Positions 20,097 to 28,606 of a stretch of DNA of 64,000 nt are shown piece after piece. The position numbers were made by a program, and so were the translations under genes. The DNA comes from a virus: the IMG/VR virus record IMGVR_UViG_3300036781_000280, positions 6,859-70,858 of that record. One strand, written 5' to 3'. Every line of letters begins with the position of its first letter. The first letter of the stretch is position 1. Under the pieces are notes generated by a model. The model had not been told where the DNA came from, searched no databases, and saw only the letters and a program-made list of their open reading frames with translations.

Positions 20097-20445
20097 TCAA
20101 ACCCTCATCGTGTTTATGGATCGGATTCCACCCGCGCTTTGCCGGGCGATGTCGGTCAACTGCGGCAAGGGCAAAAAGCCGGTGCTCAGGTCAAACGAGG
20201 AGATTGTCGCCAAAAGCGGACTCAACCTTCGCACGATCTGCCGGTTGAACTACGCGAGTTCTTGGAAGGATGTCCGCGTCGAGGTGGCTTCAAAATTCAT
20301 CGAGGGCTGCGGATTCAACATTCTTAAAAACAGCGATGTCACAAAATTCCTGAAGCTCAAAACCGCCCAAGATTTTTCCCACCTGATGCCGTTCCAGAGG
20401 CAGCTTCTCTGGAAGGCGATGAACTGGTCGGAGGATGATAAATAA
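20080..20445 (+). CDS. Hypothetical protein, possible HTH
   Basis: SNEEIVAKSGLNLRTICRL helix-turn-helix-like pattern; ATG at 20080. Confidence 0.5.
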   Translation: MSNKTNQTLIVFMDRIPPALCRAMSVNCGKGKKPVLRSNEEIVAKSGLNLRTICRLNYASSWKDVRVEVASKFIEGCGFNILKNSDVTKFLKLKTAQDFSHLMPFQRQLLWKAMNWSEDDK

Positions 20446-20448
20446 TTT

Positions 20449-20910
20449 ATGGAAAAACCTGTGAACCTGCATTTCGGATGCGGAGAAAACCGGCTTCCCG
20501 GTTTTCAGAATTTTGACAATGATCTCGACGTGACGAAATGGCCGCTGCCGTTTTCGGACAACACGGCTGACATAATTTTTGCGGAGCATTTGGGCGAGCA
20601 CCTGAACTCTCCGCAGCTCCTCGGATTCCTGACCGAGTGCCACCGCATCTTGAAGCCCGGTGGTGCCATGCGCCTTTGCTGCCCGGTGATTGGCCCGGCC
20701 CTTGCACGCGAGCACGCCCGCGATCTGGCCACCAACCATGGCCACCAGCAAACGCTCAACCGTGATTCCATGACCGCATTTTTATGGATGGCCGGTTTTG
20801 AATGGGATGCGATCAATGAGACTGAGCGGCGGCTGATCGACGGCCATTGGAAAATCATCGGAAGGGACAAGGATTCTCAAGAAACTTGTAGGCTGGAGGC
20901 TATAAAGTAG
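20449..20910 (+). CDS. Class I SAM-dependent methyltransferase
   Basis: NLHFGCG, PLPFSDNTADIIFAEHLGEH, ECHRILKPGG. Confidence 0.85.
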   Translation: MEKPVNLHFGCGENRLPGFQNFDNDLDVTKWPLPFSDNTADIIFAEHLGEHLNSPQLLGFLTECHRILKPGGAMRLCCPVIGPALAREHARDLATNHGHQQTLNRDSMTAFLWMAGFEWDAINETERRLIDGHWKIIGRDKDSQETCRLEAIK

Positions 20911-20942
20911 TTGACATTCAACCTACCGATAGGTTATTCGTA
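20911..20942 (+). promoter_or_regulatory. HNH cassette 1 promoter with 16-bp palindrome
   Basis: TTGACA 20911-16; AACCTACCGATAGGTT 20920-20935. Confidence 0.65.
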
Positions 20943-21101
20943 ATGAGTGATTTTAAATCAGAAAAAAGTAAAGCGGCCTCAATTCTTGGCAGAATTAAGA
21001 CGGAAAAAAAGGCTGCGGCATCTCGAAAAAACGGGGCACTTGGCGGAAGGCCAAAGGCTAAAACAAGGATCGCGCGGTTTCAGCCTGAAAATAAGATGTA
21101 A
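20943..21101 (+). CDS. Basic micro-protein with KAAASRxNGxLGGRP motif (52 aa)
   Basis: MSDFKSEKSKAASILGRIKTEKKAAASRKNGALGGRPKAK...; paralogue at 23361. Confidence 0.65.
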   Translation: MSDFKSEKSKAASILGRIKTEKKAAASRKNGALGGRPKAKTRIARFQPENKM

Positions 21102-21642
21102 AAAATGCAAGGCCCACTTTGAGATTCCTTTGTCTAAGCTAGGCAAAAGGAAGTATTGCAGCGCGGCGTGTAAATTTAGTAAAACCTTAAAGCAAAGATT
21201 TTTTGAAAAAGTCAGTGTTAAATCAAAATCTGAATGTTGGCCATGGGTCGCAAACACCTCACCAAAGGGCTATGGAATGATTGGCTCAGGAAAAACAAAA
21301 GTTGGGGCGCATCGGGTATCTTGGGAAATCCATAAAGGATCAATCCCAGATGGATTACAGGTTCTACATAAATGCGATAACCCTCCATGCGTGAATCCGC
21401 GCCATCTATTCTTAGGAACCCATGGTGATAATATGCGGGACATGGTAGAGAAGCATAGAAACAAAGATGTTAAAGGCGAGAAAAACCCAATGTCGAAACT
21501 TAATGGATGCGAAGTGCTTAAAATAAGGCGCAGGCGTAAAAAATTTGGAGAAACATTGCGATCACTTGCCACTGATTTCGGTATTTCTAAAAGCAATGTT
21601 TCTTTTATAGTAAGAAACGAGAGTTGGACTAACTTAAAATGA
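20947..21642 (+). CDS. HNH homing endonuclease with Zn module and C-terminal HTH
   Basis: CKKC..YCSAAC, RFFEKV..CWPW, AHRVSW, VLHKCDNPPCVNPRHLFLGT..NMRDM; AT-rich; start uncertain. Confidence 0.88.
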   Translation: MILNQKKVKRPQFLAELRRKKRLRHLEKTGHLAEGQRLKQGSRGFSLKIRCKKCKAHFEIPLSKLGKRKYCSAACKFSKTLKQRFFEKVSVKSKSECWPWVANTSPKGYGMIGSGKTKVGAHRVSWEIHKGSIPDGLQVLHKCDNPPCVNPRHLFLGTHGDNMRDMVEKHRNKDVKGEKNPMSKLNGCEVLKIRRRRKKFGETLRSLATDFGISKSNVSFIVRNESWTNLK

Positions 21643-22199
21643 GCAAAATTACAATGCTTCCAGACCGGATCGCCCTGCTGGCCACGCTGCCTCAGGGTTC
21701 GACCGTGGCTGAAATCGGGGTGCATAAGGGCTATTTTTCCAACGACATTTTAAGCCTTCCGAACTACAGCCATGTTTATTTAATTGATAGCTGGAAACCA
21801 AGGCCGGAATACTTCGACCCGATCACTCAGGAAGATCACGATGCGAACTTCGAGGAAACGAAGCGAACCATTCAGGGCCACAATAGCGGCGGCAGGTTCA
21901 CAATAATCCGAAAAGATTCTCTGGATGCGGCCAAGGATTTCTCGGACGGACAGATTACGGGCGCGTATATTGACGCCGATCATTCCTACGATGCCTGCCT
22001 GAAAGACCTGATCGCATGGAGCCGCGTGGTCGGCCCGAAGGGATACCTGATGGGCCACGATTACACTGAAAACAGTCAGGCCAGAAAATTCAGGTTTGGC
22101 GTGGTCAGGGCTGTGACGGATTTCTGCATTCAATATAAATGGCGGGTCACGCATCTGACGAACGAGGACTTCGCATCTTTCTGCCTGTTAAAGGAATGA
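21639..22199 (+). CDS. SAM-dependent methyltransferase (Methyltransf_24-like)
   Basis: AEIGVHKG, IDSW, YIDADHSYD, GHDY. Confidence 0.87.
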   Translation: MSKITMLPDRIALLATLPQGSTVAEIGVHKGYFSNDILSLPNYSHVYLIDSWKPRPEYFDPITQEDHDANFEETKRTIQGHNSGGRFTIIRKDSLDAAKDFSDGQITGAYIDADHSYDACLKDLIAWSRVVGPKGYLMGHDYTENSQARKFRFGVVRAVTDFCIQYKWRVTHLTNEDFASFCLLKE

Positions 22200-22753
22200 T
22201 AACGATCAAAGAAAATGGCATCTTTCATTGCCCGCCCGAAGATTACGGCGCTGATAAATCCCTTTACCACACCATTGCGGATTACCTGATTGAAAGCGGC
22301 GCAAGGTCTGTGCTGGATATTGGCTGCGGCAACGGCGACTGCGTAAAAGTTCTCGACCGGCGCGGGTTGTACGCGCGGGGCGTGGACGGAAACCCTTTGG
22401 TTGCGAAAATGTGCGAGCTGTGCGCCACGGCTGATATTTCAAAGCCGGTCAGGGGCGAGAAGTTTTTTGATGCCGTCATTTCACTTGAAGTTGGCGAGCA
22501 TATTCCAAAAGAATTTGAATTCGGATTTCTTTTCAACCTGCTGCACTCAAATCCAAAGCAGATCGTTTTGTCTTGGTTTCCCCATGACGGTGAAGGCATC
22601 GGGCATGTGAACCCGAAAACGAACGACGAGGTGAAGCTGATGATGGGCAGGCTTTCGTATGTAAGCGATGACCGGGCGGAAGCGCGCCTAAGATCGGCAG
22701 CAACGCACTGGTGGTTCAAATTGAGCCTGATGGCCTTCAAGTTAAAAGCATGA
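22196..22753 (+). CDS. Class I SAM-dependent methyltransferase
   Basis: SVLDIGCGNG, GVDGNP, FDAVISLEVGEHIP, GHVN. Confidence 0.87.
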   Translation: MITIKENGIFHCPPEDYGADKSLYHTIADYLIESGARSVLDIGCGNGDCVKVLDRRGLYARGVDGNPLVAKMCELCATADISKPVRGEKFFDAVISLEVGEHIPKEFEFGFLFNLLHSNPKQIVLSWFPHDGEGIGHVNPKTNDEVKLMMGRLSYVSDDRAEARLRSAATHWWFKLSLMAFKLKA

Positions 22754-23331
22754 TTCCAAAAATTCTGCATCACGTTCATTTTGGCGGCATGCCGGACGGC
22801 GACATGCAGCTATGGATGATGTCGGCCAGAATCCATCATCCGGCGTGGAAATACTGCTGCTGGAGCGAATCGAATATCAACATTCTTGGGCTTGATTACG
22901 AGTCGCTGCTTTTTAAATGCCAGAACTTCGCCAGCCTGTCGAACATCGTGCGGCTGCACGCGCTCAATGAACTGGGCGGGGTCTATCTGGACACCGACAT
23001 CGAGGTGCTGAAGCCGATGGATAAAATGCTTCAACATAGTGCTAATGCGGCATTTCAGGATGATAAATATATCTGCAATGCGATTTTTAGCTCGGAGGCT
23101 GGTCATCCGTGGTTAAAATGGCAGCTTGGAAAGCAGGATTATTTGATGAACGCGGACGCGGCTCGCGGGCCGTACGTTATGACTGATGCCCCCCGTGAAC
23201 GGGTAAATATCGTTCCCACAAAAATTCTTTACCCATTTCACTACGATACGCCAAAAGAACAAAGGGGCATAATTCCAAGCGAATCAATCTGCATCCATCA
23301 CTGGTCTGGGTCTTGGCAGAAAAAGGTTTGA
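22750..23331 (+). CDS. DXD-motif glycosyltransferase (GT32/OCH1-like)
   Basis: MIPKILHHV, SNIVRLHAL..GGVYLDTDIE, IHHWSGSW. Confidence 0.9.
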   Translation: MIPKILHHVHFGGMPDGDMQLWMMSARIHHPAWKYCCWSESNINILGLDYESLLFKCQNFASLSNIVRLHALNELGGVYLDTDIEVLKPMDKMLQHSANAAFQDDKYICNAIFSSEAGHPWLKWQLGKQDYLMNADAARGPYVMTDAPRERVNIVPTKILYPFHYDTPKEQRGIIPSESICIHHWSGSWQKKV

Positions 23332-23360
23332 CAAAAAACCTGTCGATAGGTTATTTAACT
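23328..23360 (+). promoter_or_regulatory. HNH cassette 2 promoter with 16-bp palindrome
   Basis: TTGACA 23328-33; AACCTGTCGATAGGTT 23337-23352; same geometry as cassette 1. Confidence 0.65.
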
Positions 23361-23528
23361 ATGCGTGAGCGGAAGCACAAAACCAAAATCAGCTATTTCG
23401 CCGGAATGCTGGGGAAAATCAAAACTCCTAAAAAAGCTGCTGCTTCAAGACGAAATGGCAAGCTTGGTGGCCGTCCGGTTAAAGTACAAAAAAGGAGTAA
23501 TCGGCAGAATACCTTGGAGCAACCATGA
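23361..23528 (+). CDS. Basic micro-protein with KAAASRxNGxLGGRP motif (55 aa)
   Basis: MRERKHKTKISYFAGMLGKIKTPKKAAASRRNGKLGGRPVK... Confidence 0.65.
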   Translation: MRERKHKTKISYFAGMLGKIKTPKKAAASRRNGKLGGRPVKVQKRSNRQNTLEQP

Positions 23529-23991
23529 AAGAGAATTTAATTTTTGGGCTCATGTCAAATACTCCAAATATGAGTGTTGGAATTGGAGGCAAAATAGAAA
23601 CCGATGGCGCGGAAAAGTTGCTTGGCCAAAACGCTATCAATATGTTCACAGAATCGCTTGGATGATTACACAAGGGACAATTCCGACTGGATTATTTGTT
23701 TGTCACAAGTGCGACAATGGATTTTGCGTACGGCCAGATCATCTTTTTCTAGGAACAAGCACCGACAACATGCGTGATATGGCCTTAAAGGGAAGGACTG
23801 GGATTAGGCTTGGCTCTAAAAACCATGCAGCAAAGCTTACTTTAAAAAAAGTTTTGAAGATCAAGCTGCTGCTTTCATTGGGGAAAATGAATTATAGGCA
23901 GATTGGGAATCTGTTTAATGTAACAAAAGATGCTATCGGAAAAATAAAAACGGGTAATAATTGGAAATGGATTACTAGCCGACCAAAATGA
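23365..23991 (+). CDS. HNH homing endonuclease with C-terminal HTH
   Basis: FWAHV..CWNW, VHRIAW, VCHKCDNGFCVRPDHLFLGT..NMRDM; start uncertain. Confidence 0.88.
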   Translation: MSGSTKPKSAISPECWGKSKLLKKLLLQDEMASLVAVRLKYKKGVIGRIPWSNHEREFNFWAHVKYSKYECWNWRQNRNRWRGKVAWPKRYQYVHRIAWMITQGTIPTGLFVCHKCDNGFCVRPDHLFLGTSTDNMRDMALKGRTGIRLGSKNHAAKLTLKKVLKIKLLLSLGKMNYRQIGNLFNVTKDAIGKIKTGNNWKWITSRPK

Positions 23992-24683
23992 ATCCTCAAC
24001 CCTACATCATCGGTAGCGGATACCACTGGGAATTTAGCCGTGGCGCTGACACATTTTTTAGGACTTGGGTCGAAAACATAGCCAAGCTGAATCCGGCACC
24101 TGAAAAGATTATCATCATCACCGACAGCGGTGCCAGACCTCCAATTGATAGCTGCATGATTCCGGCCTCGCTGCCGGTTCAAGCAGTCTATCTTAACGGC
24201 GATCTGGGTAGTTGCCATGCACTCATGCACGGCATCAAGAAGCATGCTTTCGCTGGCTGGACTGGTGCCGTATGCGCCGCCGCCATGATCGCATACTGCG
24301 ATGAAAAGGATTTCCTTTTTTTTGAGCAGGACGTTTTAGCTTTCGGGCCGATCATTGAGCAGATGTACGCGGAGATTAAAGGCGCTGGAATTATTTTCGG
24401 CAAGTGCGACTGGATGCCGTGTGAGCAGTCGCTGTTTCTTGTGCGGCATCATTACATCCCGGATTTTGTCAGGCTTTTTCTCGGAGAAGGCCCGCAGTAC
24501 CTTGAGGAGAATCTTGGTGAGCATATTTTCCTGCGTCTCGCGCGCGAGCATACGAAGGATTGGTTTCAATTTGAAATCCAATATGGTCGCAACCGGCCAA
24601 TCAATTTCGACGACCCGATATTTTACGCCCAAAAATGGACACCGCAAGAAATGGAAGAACTACGGAATCGAAAACTTATTTAA
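23988..24683 (+). CDS. Putative GT-A fold glycosyltransferase
   Basis: DFLFFEQDVLAFG DXD-like motif; lies within the glyco cluster. Confidence 0.5.
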   Translation: MNPQPYIIGSGYHWEFSRGADTFFRTWVENIAKLNPAPEKIIIITDSGARPPIDSCMIPASLPVQAVYLNGDLGSCHALMHGIKKHAFAGWTGAVCAAAMIAYCDEKDFLFFEQDVLAFGPIIEQMYAEIKGAGIIFGKCDWMPCEQSLFLVRHHYIPDFVRLFLGEGPQYLEENLGEHIFLRLAREHTKDWFQFEIQYGRNRPINFDDPIFYAQKWTPQEMEELRNRKLI

Positions 24684-24684
24684 T

Positions 24685-25608
24685 ATGAGCAACAAAATTA
24701 CAGTCATTTACCATAGCGCGGACTTCGATGGCCTTTTTTGCCGGGAGATTGCCAAGAGGTTCCTGCCGGGTGCCGAACTGATTGGTTGGGACTATGGCGA
24801 TCCCAAGATTCCATTCCCGTCTGAGGGGGCGGTTTATATCCTAGACCTTTCGCCCGATTCATTGGGGGGAGATACATACGACTCGTCGCGCATTATCTGG
24901 ATCGACCACCACAAGACGGCGATTGAGAAATACCCGGCGACTATTCCGGGTTATCGCATTGATGGCGTTTCCGCCTGTCGGCTGGCGTGGCAATGGTTTT
25001 CCCTTCCGCATTTCGAGCGAGATGAGGTTTTACCGATGCCGTTGAAGCAGGACTTCATTGACCGCACGGTTTCCGAGCCATATGCGGTGCGGTTGGCTGG
25101 CGAGTATGACATTTGGGATAAGCGCGATCCAAACGCAGATGTCCTTCAAATGGGACTGCGTTCGCGTGAGTTGTCGGAGCATGACTGGAAGATGCTTTTG
25201 AGCGATCAAGTTGATCCCGCTATAAAGGATACGGGAATGGATTCGACCGATAGCGAGTTGATTTGCTCAAACCTTTTACAGGCCGGATTTATGATCCAAG
25301 CATATCAAAATGGAATTGATGAAGGCTCGATGAAGCACAGCTTTATTGTCGAGTTTGATGGATTGAAATTCCTTGCACTAAACACTCCTCAAAAAGGCAG
25401 CTTTGTTTTCGCTTCAAAGGACGTGCCTGAAACCGGCCATGATGCGCTTTTGAAGCTCAACTGGACTGGAACTGTTTGGGATTGCTCCATGTATCACGCA
25501 AAAGGGCGCTCTGAACTGGACTTGTCCATCATCGCACAAAAGTACGGCGGCGGTGGGCACAAAGGCGCTTGTGGATTCAGAGCCAGAAAACTACCGTTCT
25601 TACCCTGA
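24685..25608 (+). CDS. DHH/DHHA1 family phosphoesterase
   Basis: VIYHSADFDG, YILDLS, WIDHHKT, GGGGHKGACGF; true start ATG 24685. Confidence 0.88.
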   Translation: MSNKITVIYHSADFDGLFCREIAKRFLPGAELIGWDYGDPKIPFPSEGAVYILDLSPDSLGGDTYDSSRIIWIDHHKTAIEKYPATIPGYRIDGVSACRLAWQWFSLPHFERDEVLPMPLKQDFIDRTVSEPYAVRLAGEYDIWDKRDPNADVLQMGLRSRELSEHDWKMLLSDQVDPAIKDTGMDSTDSELICSNLLQAGFMIQAYQNGIDEGSMKHSFIVEFDGLKFLALNTPQKGSFVFASKDVPETGHDALLKLNWTGTVWDCSMYHAKGRSELDLSIIAQKYGGGGHKGACGFRARKLPFLP

Positions 25609-25610
25609 TT

Positions 25611-27839
25611 ATGGGCGTCACCGCAATCCTAATCGCCACTGGCCGCATCGACCGGCTGCGTGAATCCATCGCCAGCTTCTTGGAGCAAGACCTGACTGAC
25701 AAGCAGCTCGTAGTTTTTAACGTGTGCTTCCGCCAGCAATTATTCGGCGACATGCCGAATGTTGTGTTCGCAAACGCCAAGGTGCAGACAGTGCCAATGC
25801 GTGGTAAAAACTTGGCGGTTGAGTCGGCCAAGTACGATACGATCACGGTCTGGAGCGAAATGGATTACTACCTTCCCGGCCATCTTTCCCGCATGGACAA
25901 AAACATGGCTGGTAAAAGCTGGTGCTGGTTCGACCACGAATTTCATTCTGAAAACCGGCGTCACATCAAGGTTGATCAAGGCTCTGAATCAGTATTCGCG
26001 TTCACCAAGGATGCTTGGAAAGCGGTCGGCGGGTTTAAGCCCGGCGTCAATGGCGCTGAGGACAGGAATTTCATCGCGCGCGTGTCCAAGGACTGCAATG
26101 GATCGAAGATTCCAACGCCGCCCGGAGAGATTACCTTCATCCGGCTCGGAAGTGATGATGAGCGGGCTGCGTGCAAGCCGACAATCCGCAGCGGCCAGAT
26201 GAAAATCGAGCCGTACATCCAGCGCGATTACCGGGCGCAAATTGCGGGCATGTTATCTGGAAGGATTGAAAACAAAATCTGCGTGGTCGAGCTGGGCCGG
26301 TATGGCGACATCATCAACATCCTACCCTACCTGCAAATGGTGGCTGAGAATTACGACACGCCCCGCCTTTGTGTCAGTGCCGAATTCGAAAGCGTTCTTG
26401 AAGGCGTCTCTTATGTCAAGCCATGGCCCAAGCCGATAAAGAACGAGGAGCTTGGTCAGGCTCTGGCGCTGTCGAAGGAGGAATTCCAAATTGTAATCAA
26501 CGCGCAAATCTGGGGAAAGGGCTGGTCGCAAAAGCGGACAACTGAAAGCTATAACAAGGAGAGCTGGCTCAGCTGTGGAATTGTAAGCCTGTTCAGCGAT
26601 GCCACCATCAAGCCTGTATTCGACCGACGCTCGCCGGAGCGGGAGGCTGATCTGATCACCGCTACTGTCGGACTGCTACCGTCCAAGCCGATCATATTGG
26701 TCAATACCAGCCGTGGCGTAAGTTCGCCATGTCCGCACTGCAACACCGTCCTCGATGATATTCGAAAGCTGTGGGGCATTGACAATATCGTGGTTGATTT
26801 ATCAGCCCACACGGCGCACAGGATTTACGACTTTCTGGGCCTGTTCGAGATCGCATCGTGCTTGGTGTGCATCGACAGCGCGTTCCTGCACCTCGCTGGC
26901 GCAACCGAAATCGGCGTTGTGGCCATCACCAATCCGATGGCGTGGGCTGGAACCATCGTGCGCCGGAATCTGATGGCGCAGTGCGATTACGCAAATCTAG
27001 ATTTGGCCAAAATTCACGAAGGCATTGCGGCCAGCCTGCATCGGGGCGTTCTGCCGGTTGTGCAGCCGGATGCGATTAAAAAGCCGGTCGAGTCGCGCGT
27101 TTTCAACCTGATCGACAAGTTTGAAGATACCGACATGGCGGAGATCGCCAGAAAGCATCACGCCGTGAAGTCTCAGGACGATCTTTACGAAAAGGGGCAT
27201 CTGATTCCGATCCATGTCTGGGAGTACCCAAGGACATCCGACAAAACCATGGGCGATCCGCGAAAGCTTCCGTACCTGAAAGACCTCCTGCAAAAGTTTT
27301 TGGACGTTTCCGGGCCGGGCGACATCTGCCTGTGGTCAAACGATGACACCATCCTGCACCCAAGGATCGCTGAGTACGTCAAATTTCACTGCTCAATTTA
27401 TGGCGCGTGCTCGTTCTTTCGCAGCGAATTCGTATCAAGCCCGCCATCGACCGATTTTTCCCCGGAAGAATATGCCCGCCAGTCTCGCGGCAGGCATATT
27501 GGCCGCGATGCTTTTGCGTTCAAGCGCGAGTGGTTGAAAAATAACTGGGATTCAATTCCTGATTTTATTCTGGGCGCATCAGGCTGGGATTTGTGCATGG
27601 CGGCGATCATCCGGCTGACGTTTGGGATTAAAACCACCGGTGAAAATTTGGGTGAGCAAATTTTTCCGGCAGAGCCGATCAATGGCTATGTCGGCCACAT
27701 CGCGCATCCGTCGCTTTGGAACCTCAAAGGCACCACAAATTCACCGTCGAACCAATGGAATGGAAAACTGTTTCAGGAGTGGTCTGAACGCAGGTTGAAA
27801 TATTTAAGGTTTACGGCTGAAAATAATATCGCCACATGA
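25611..27839 (+). CDS. Multidomain glycosyltransferase (GT-A + GT9/heptosyltransferase-like + GT-A)
   Basis: N-terminal GT2-like (IASFLEQD, DYYLPGHL, AEDRNF); LGRYGDII and CIDSAFLHLAGA (GT9-like); C-terminal WSNDDTIL, GRDAFAF, WD. Confidence 0.78.
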   Translation: MGVTAILIATGRIDRLRESIASFLEQDLTDKQLVVFNVCFRQQLFGDMPNVVFANAKVQTVPMRGKNLAVESAKYDTITVWSEMDYYLPGHLSRMDKNMAGKSWCWFDHEFHSENRRHIKVDQGSESVFAFTKDAWKAVGGFKPGVNGAEDRNFIARVSKDCNGSKIPTPPGEITFIRLGSDDERAACKPTIRSGQMKIEPYIQRDYRAQIAGMLSGRIENKICVVELGRYGDIINILPYLQMVAENYDTPRLCVSAEFESVLEGVSYVKPWPKPIKNEELGQALALSKEEFQIVINAQIWGKGWSQKRTTESYNKESWLSCGIVSLFSDATIKPVFDRRSPEREADLITATVGLLPSKPIILVNTSRGVSSPCPHCNTVLDDIRKLWGIDNIVVDLSAHTAHRIYDFLGLFEIASCLVCIDSAFLHLAGATEIGVVAITNPMAWAGTIVRRNLMAQCDYANLDLAKIHEGIAASLHRGVLPVVQPDAIKKPVESRVFNLIDKFEDTDMAEIARKHHAVKSQDDLYEKGHLIPIHVWEYPRTSDKTMGDPRKLPYLKDLLQKFLDVSGPGDICLWSNDDTILHPRIAEYVKFHCSIYGACSFFRSEFVSSPPSTDFSPEEYARQSRGRHIGRDAFAFKREWLKNNWDSIPDFILGASGWDLCMAAIIRLTFGIKTTGENLGEQIFPAEPINGYVGHIAHPSLWNLKGTTNSPSNQWNGKLFQEWSERRLKYLRFTAENNIAT

Positions 27840-28606
27840 TTCCGATTCACATTTATACTCTGGCGCTGGATGCCGTGAAGTTTTTGCCATTGCAGCTTGA
27901 GGTGTTTGAGGGAATCAAGCGCCCGTGGGTATGGCATATCGTGACAGGCGTTGCCGAGAACGTGTCGGACACCAGATGGTGCGCCAAGATAGCGCCACGG
28001 CTAAGCCGTGATGGCACCGAGGAGTGGCTGCACAAGCACTCGAATCATCCCAACATAAGGGTTTACCGCCGCCAGCTTTGGCCGGGCAAGACCGCCATGT
28101 GCAACGCCGCCATTTCCAAGATCAACGAAGATTGCATTTTGATGCAGATCGACGCTGATGAATTTTGGAGCGCGGAACAGTTGGAAAAAATCTGCCAGAT
28201 ATACAGGTCGGGGAATTACGACCGGATTCGATTTTACTGCCGGTATTACGTTGGCGAAGATTTGATCGTATCCTCCGATCAGGGTTATGGCAACAAGCCC
28301 GGCGAGTGGAGCCGGTCATGGCTGTTCAAGCCGGGCATGTTTTACACCTGCCATGAGCCGCCCGTGCTGGAGGGCTGCGGTCGCCGGGAGATGTCGCGCG
28401 AGGAATCGCGTGGTCTCGGACTGGTGTTTGACCATTTTGCGTATGTGCTGGAGGAGCAGGTTGCCTTCAAGGAGGTTTACTACAAGTATTCGGGCGCAGT
28501 ATATGGGTGGAAAAAATTACAGGCGCACACCCAGTTTCCGGCGAAGCTAAAACAATTCTTGGGCTGGGTGGACGACGATGCGGTGGTGAGCAGGGTCACA
28601 TATTGA
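27836..28606 (+). CDS. GT2-like glycosyltransferase
   Basis: SRDGT, GKTAMCN, MQIDADEFW, FDHFAY. Confidence 0.78.
   Translation: MIPIHIYTLALDAVKFLPLQLEVFEGIKRPWVWHIVTGVAENVSDTRWCAKIAPRLSRDGTEEWLHKHSNHPNIRVYRRQLWPGKTAMCNAAISKINEDCILMQIDADEFWSAEQLEKICQIYRSGNYDRIRFYCRYYVGEDLIVSSDQGYGNKPGEWSRSWLFKPGMFYTCHEPPVLEGCGRREMSREESRGLGLVFDHFAYVLEEQVAFKEVYYKYSGAVYGWKKLQAHTQFPAKLKQFLGWVDDDAVVSRVTY

Noticed and set aside
23486-23494. A_AAA_AAG -1 slippery site in HNH cassette 2
   Set aside because: The HNH lies in the +1 frame, so a -1 shift would not reach it, and the equivalent position in cassette 1 differs
24355-24684. 110-aa N-terminal extension of the DHH ORF in the ORF track
   Set aside because: Overlaps the upstream gene; the DHH motif starts right after ATG 24685. 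Similar over-extensions were trimmed for other ORFs.
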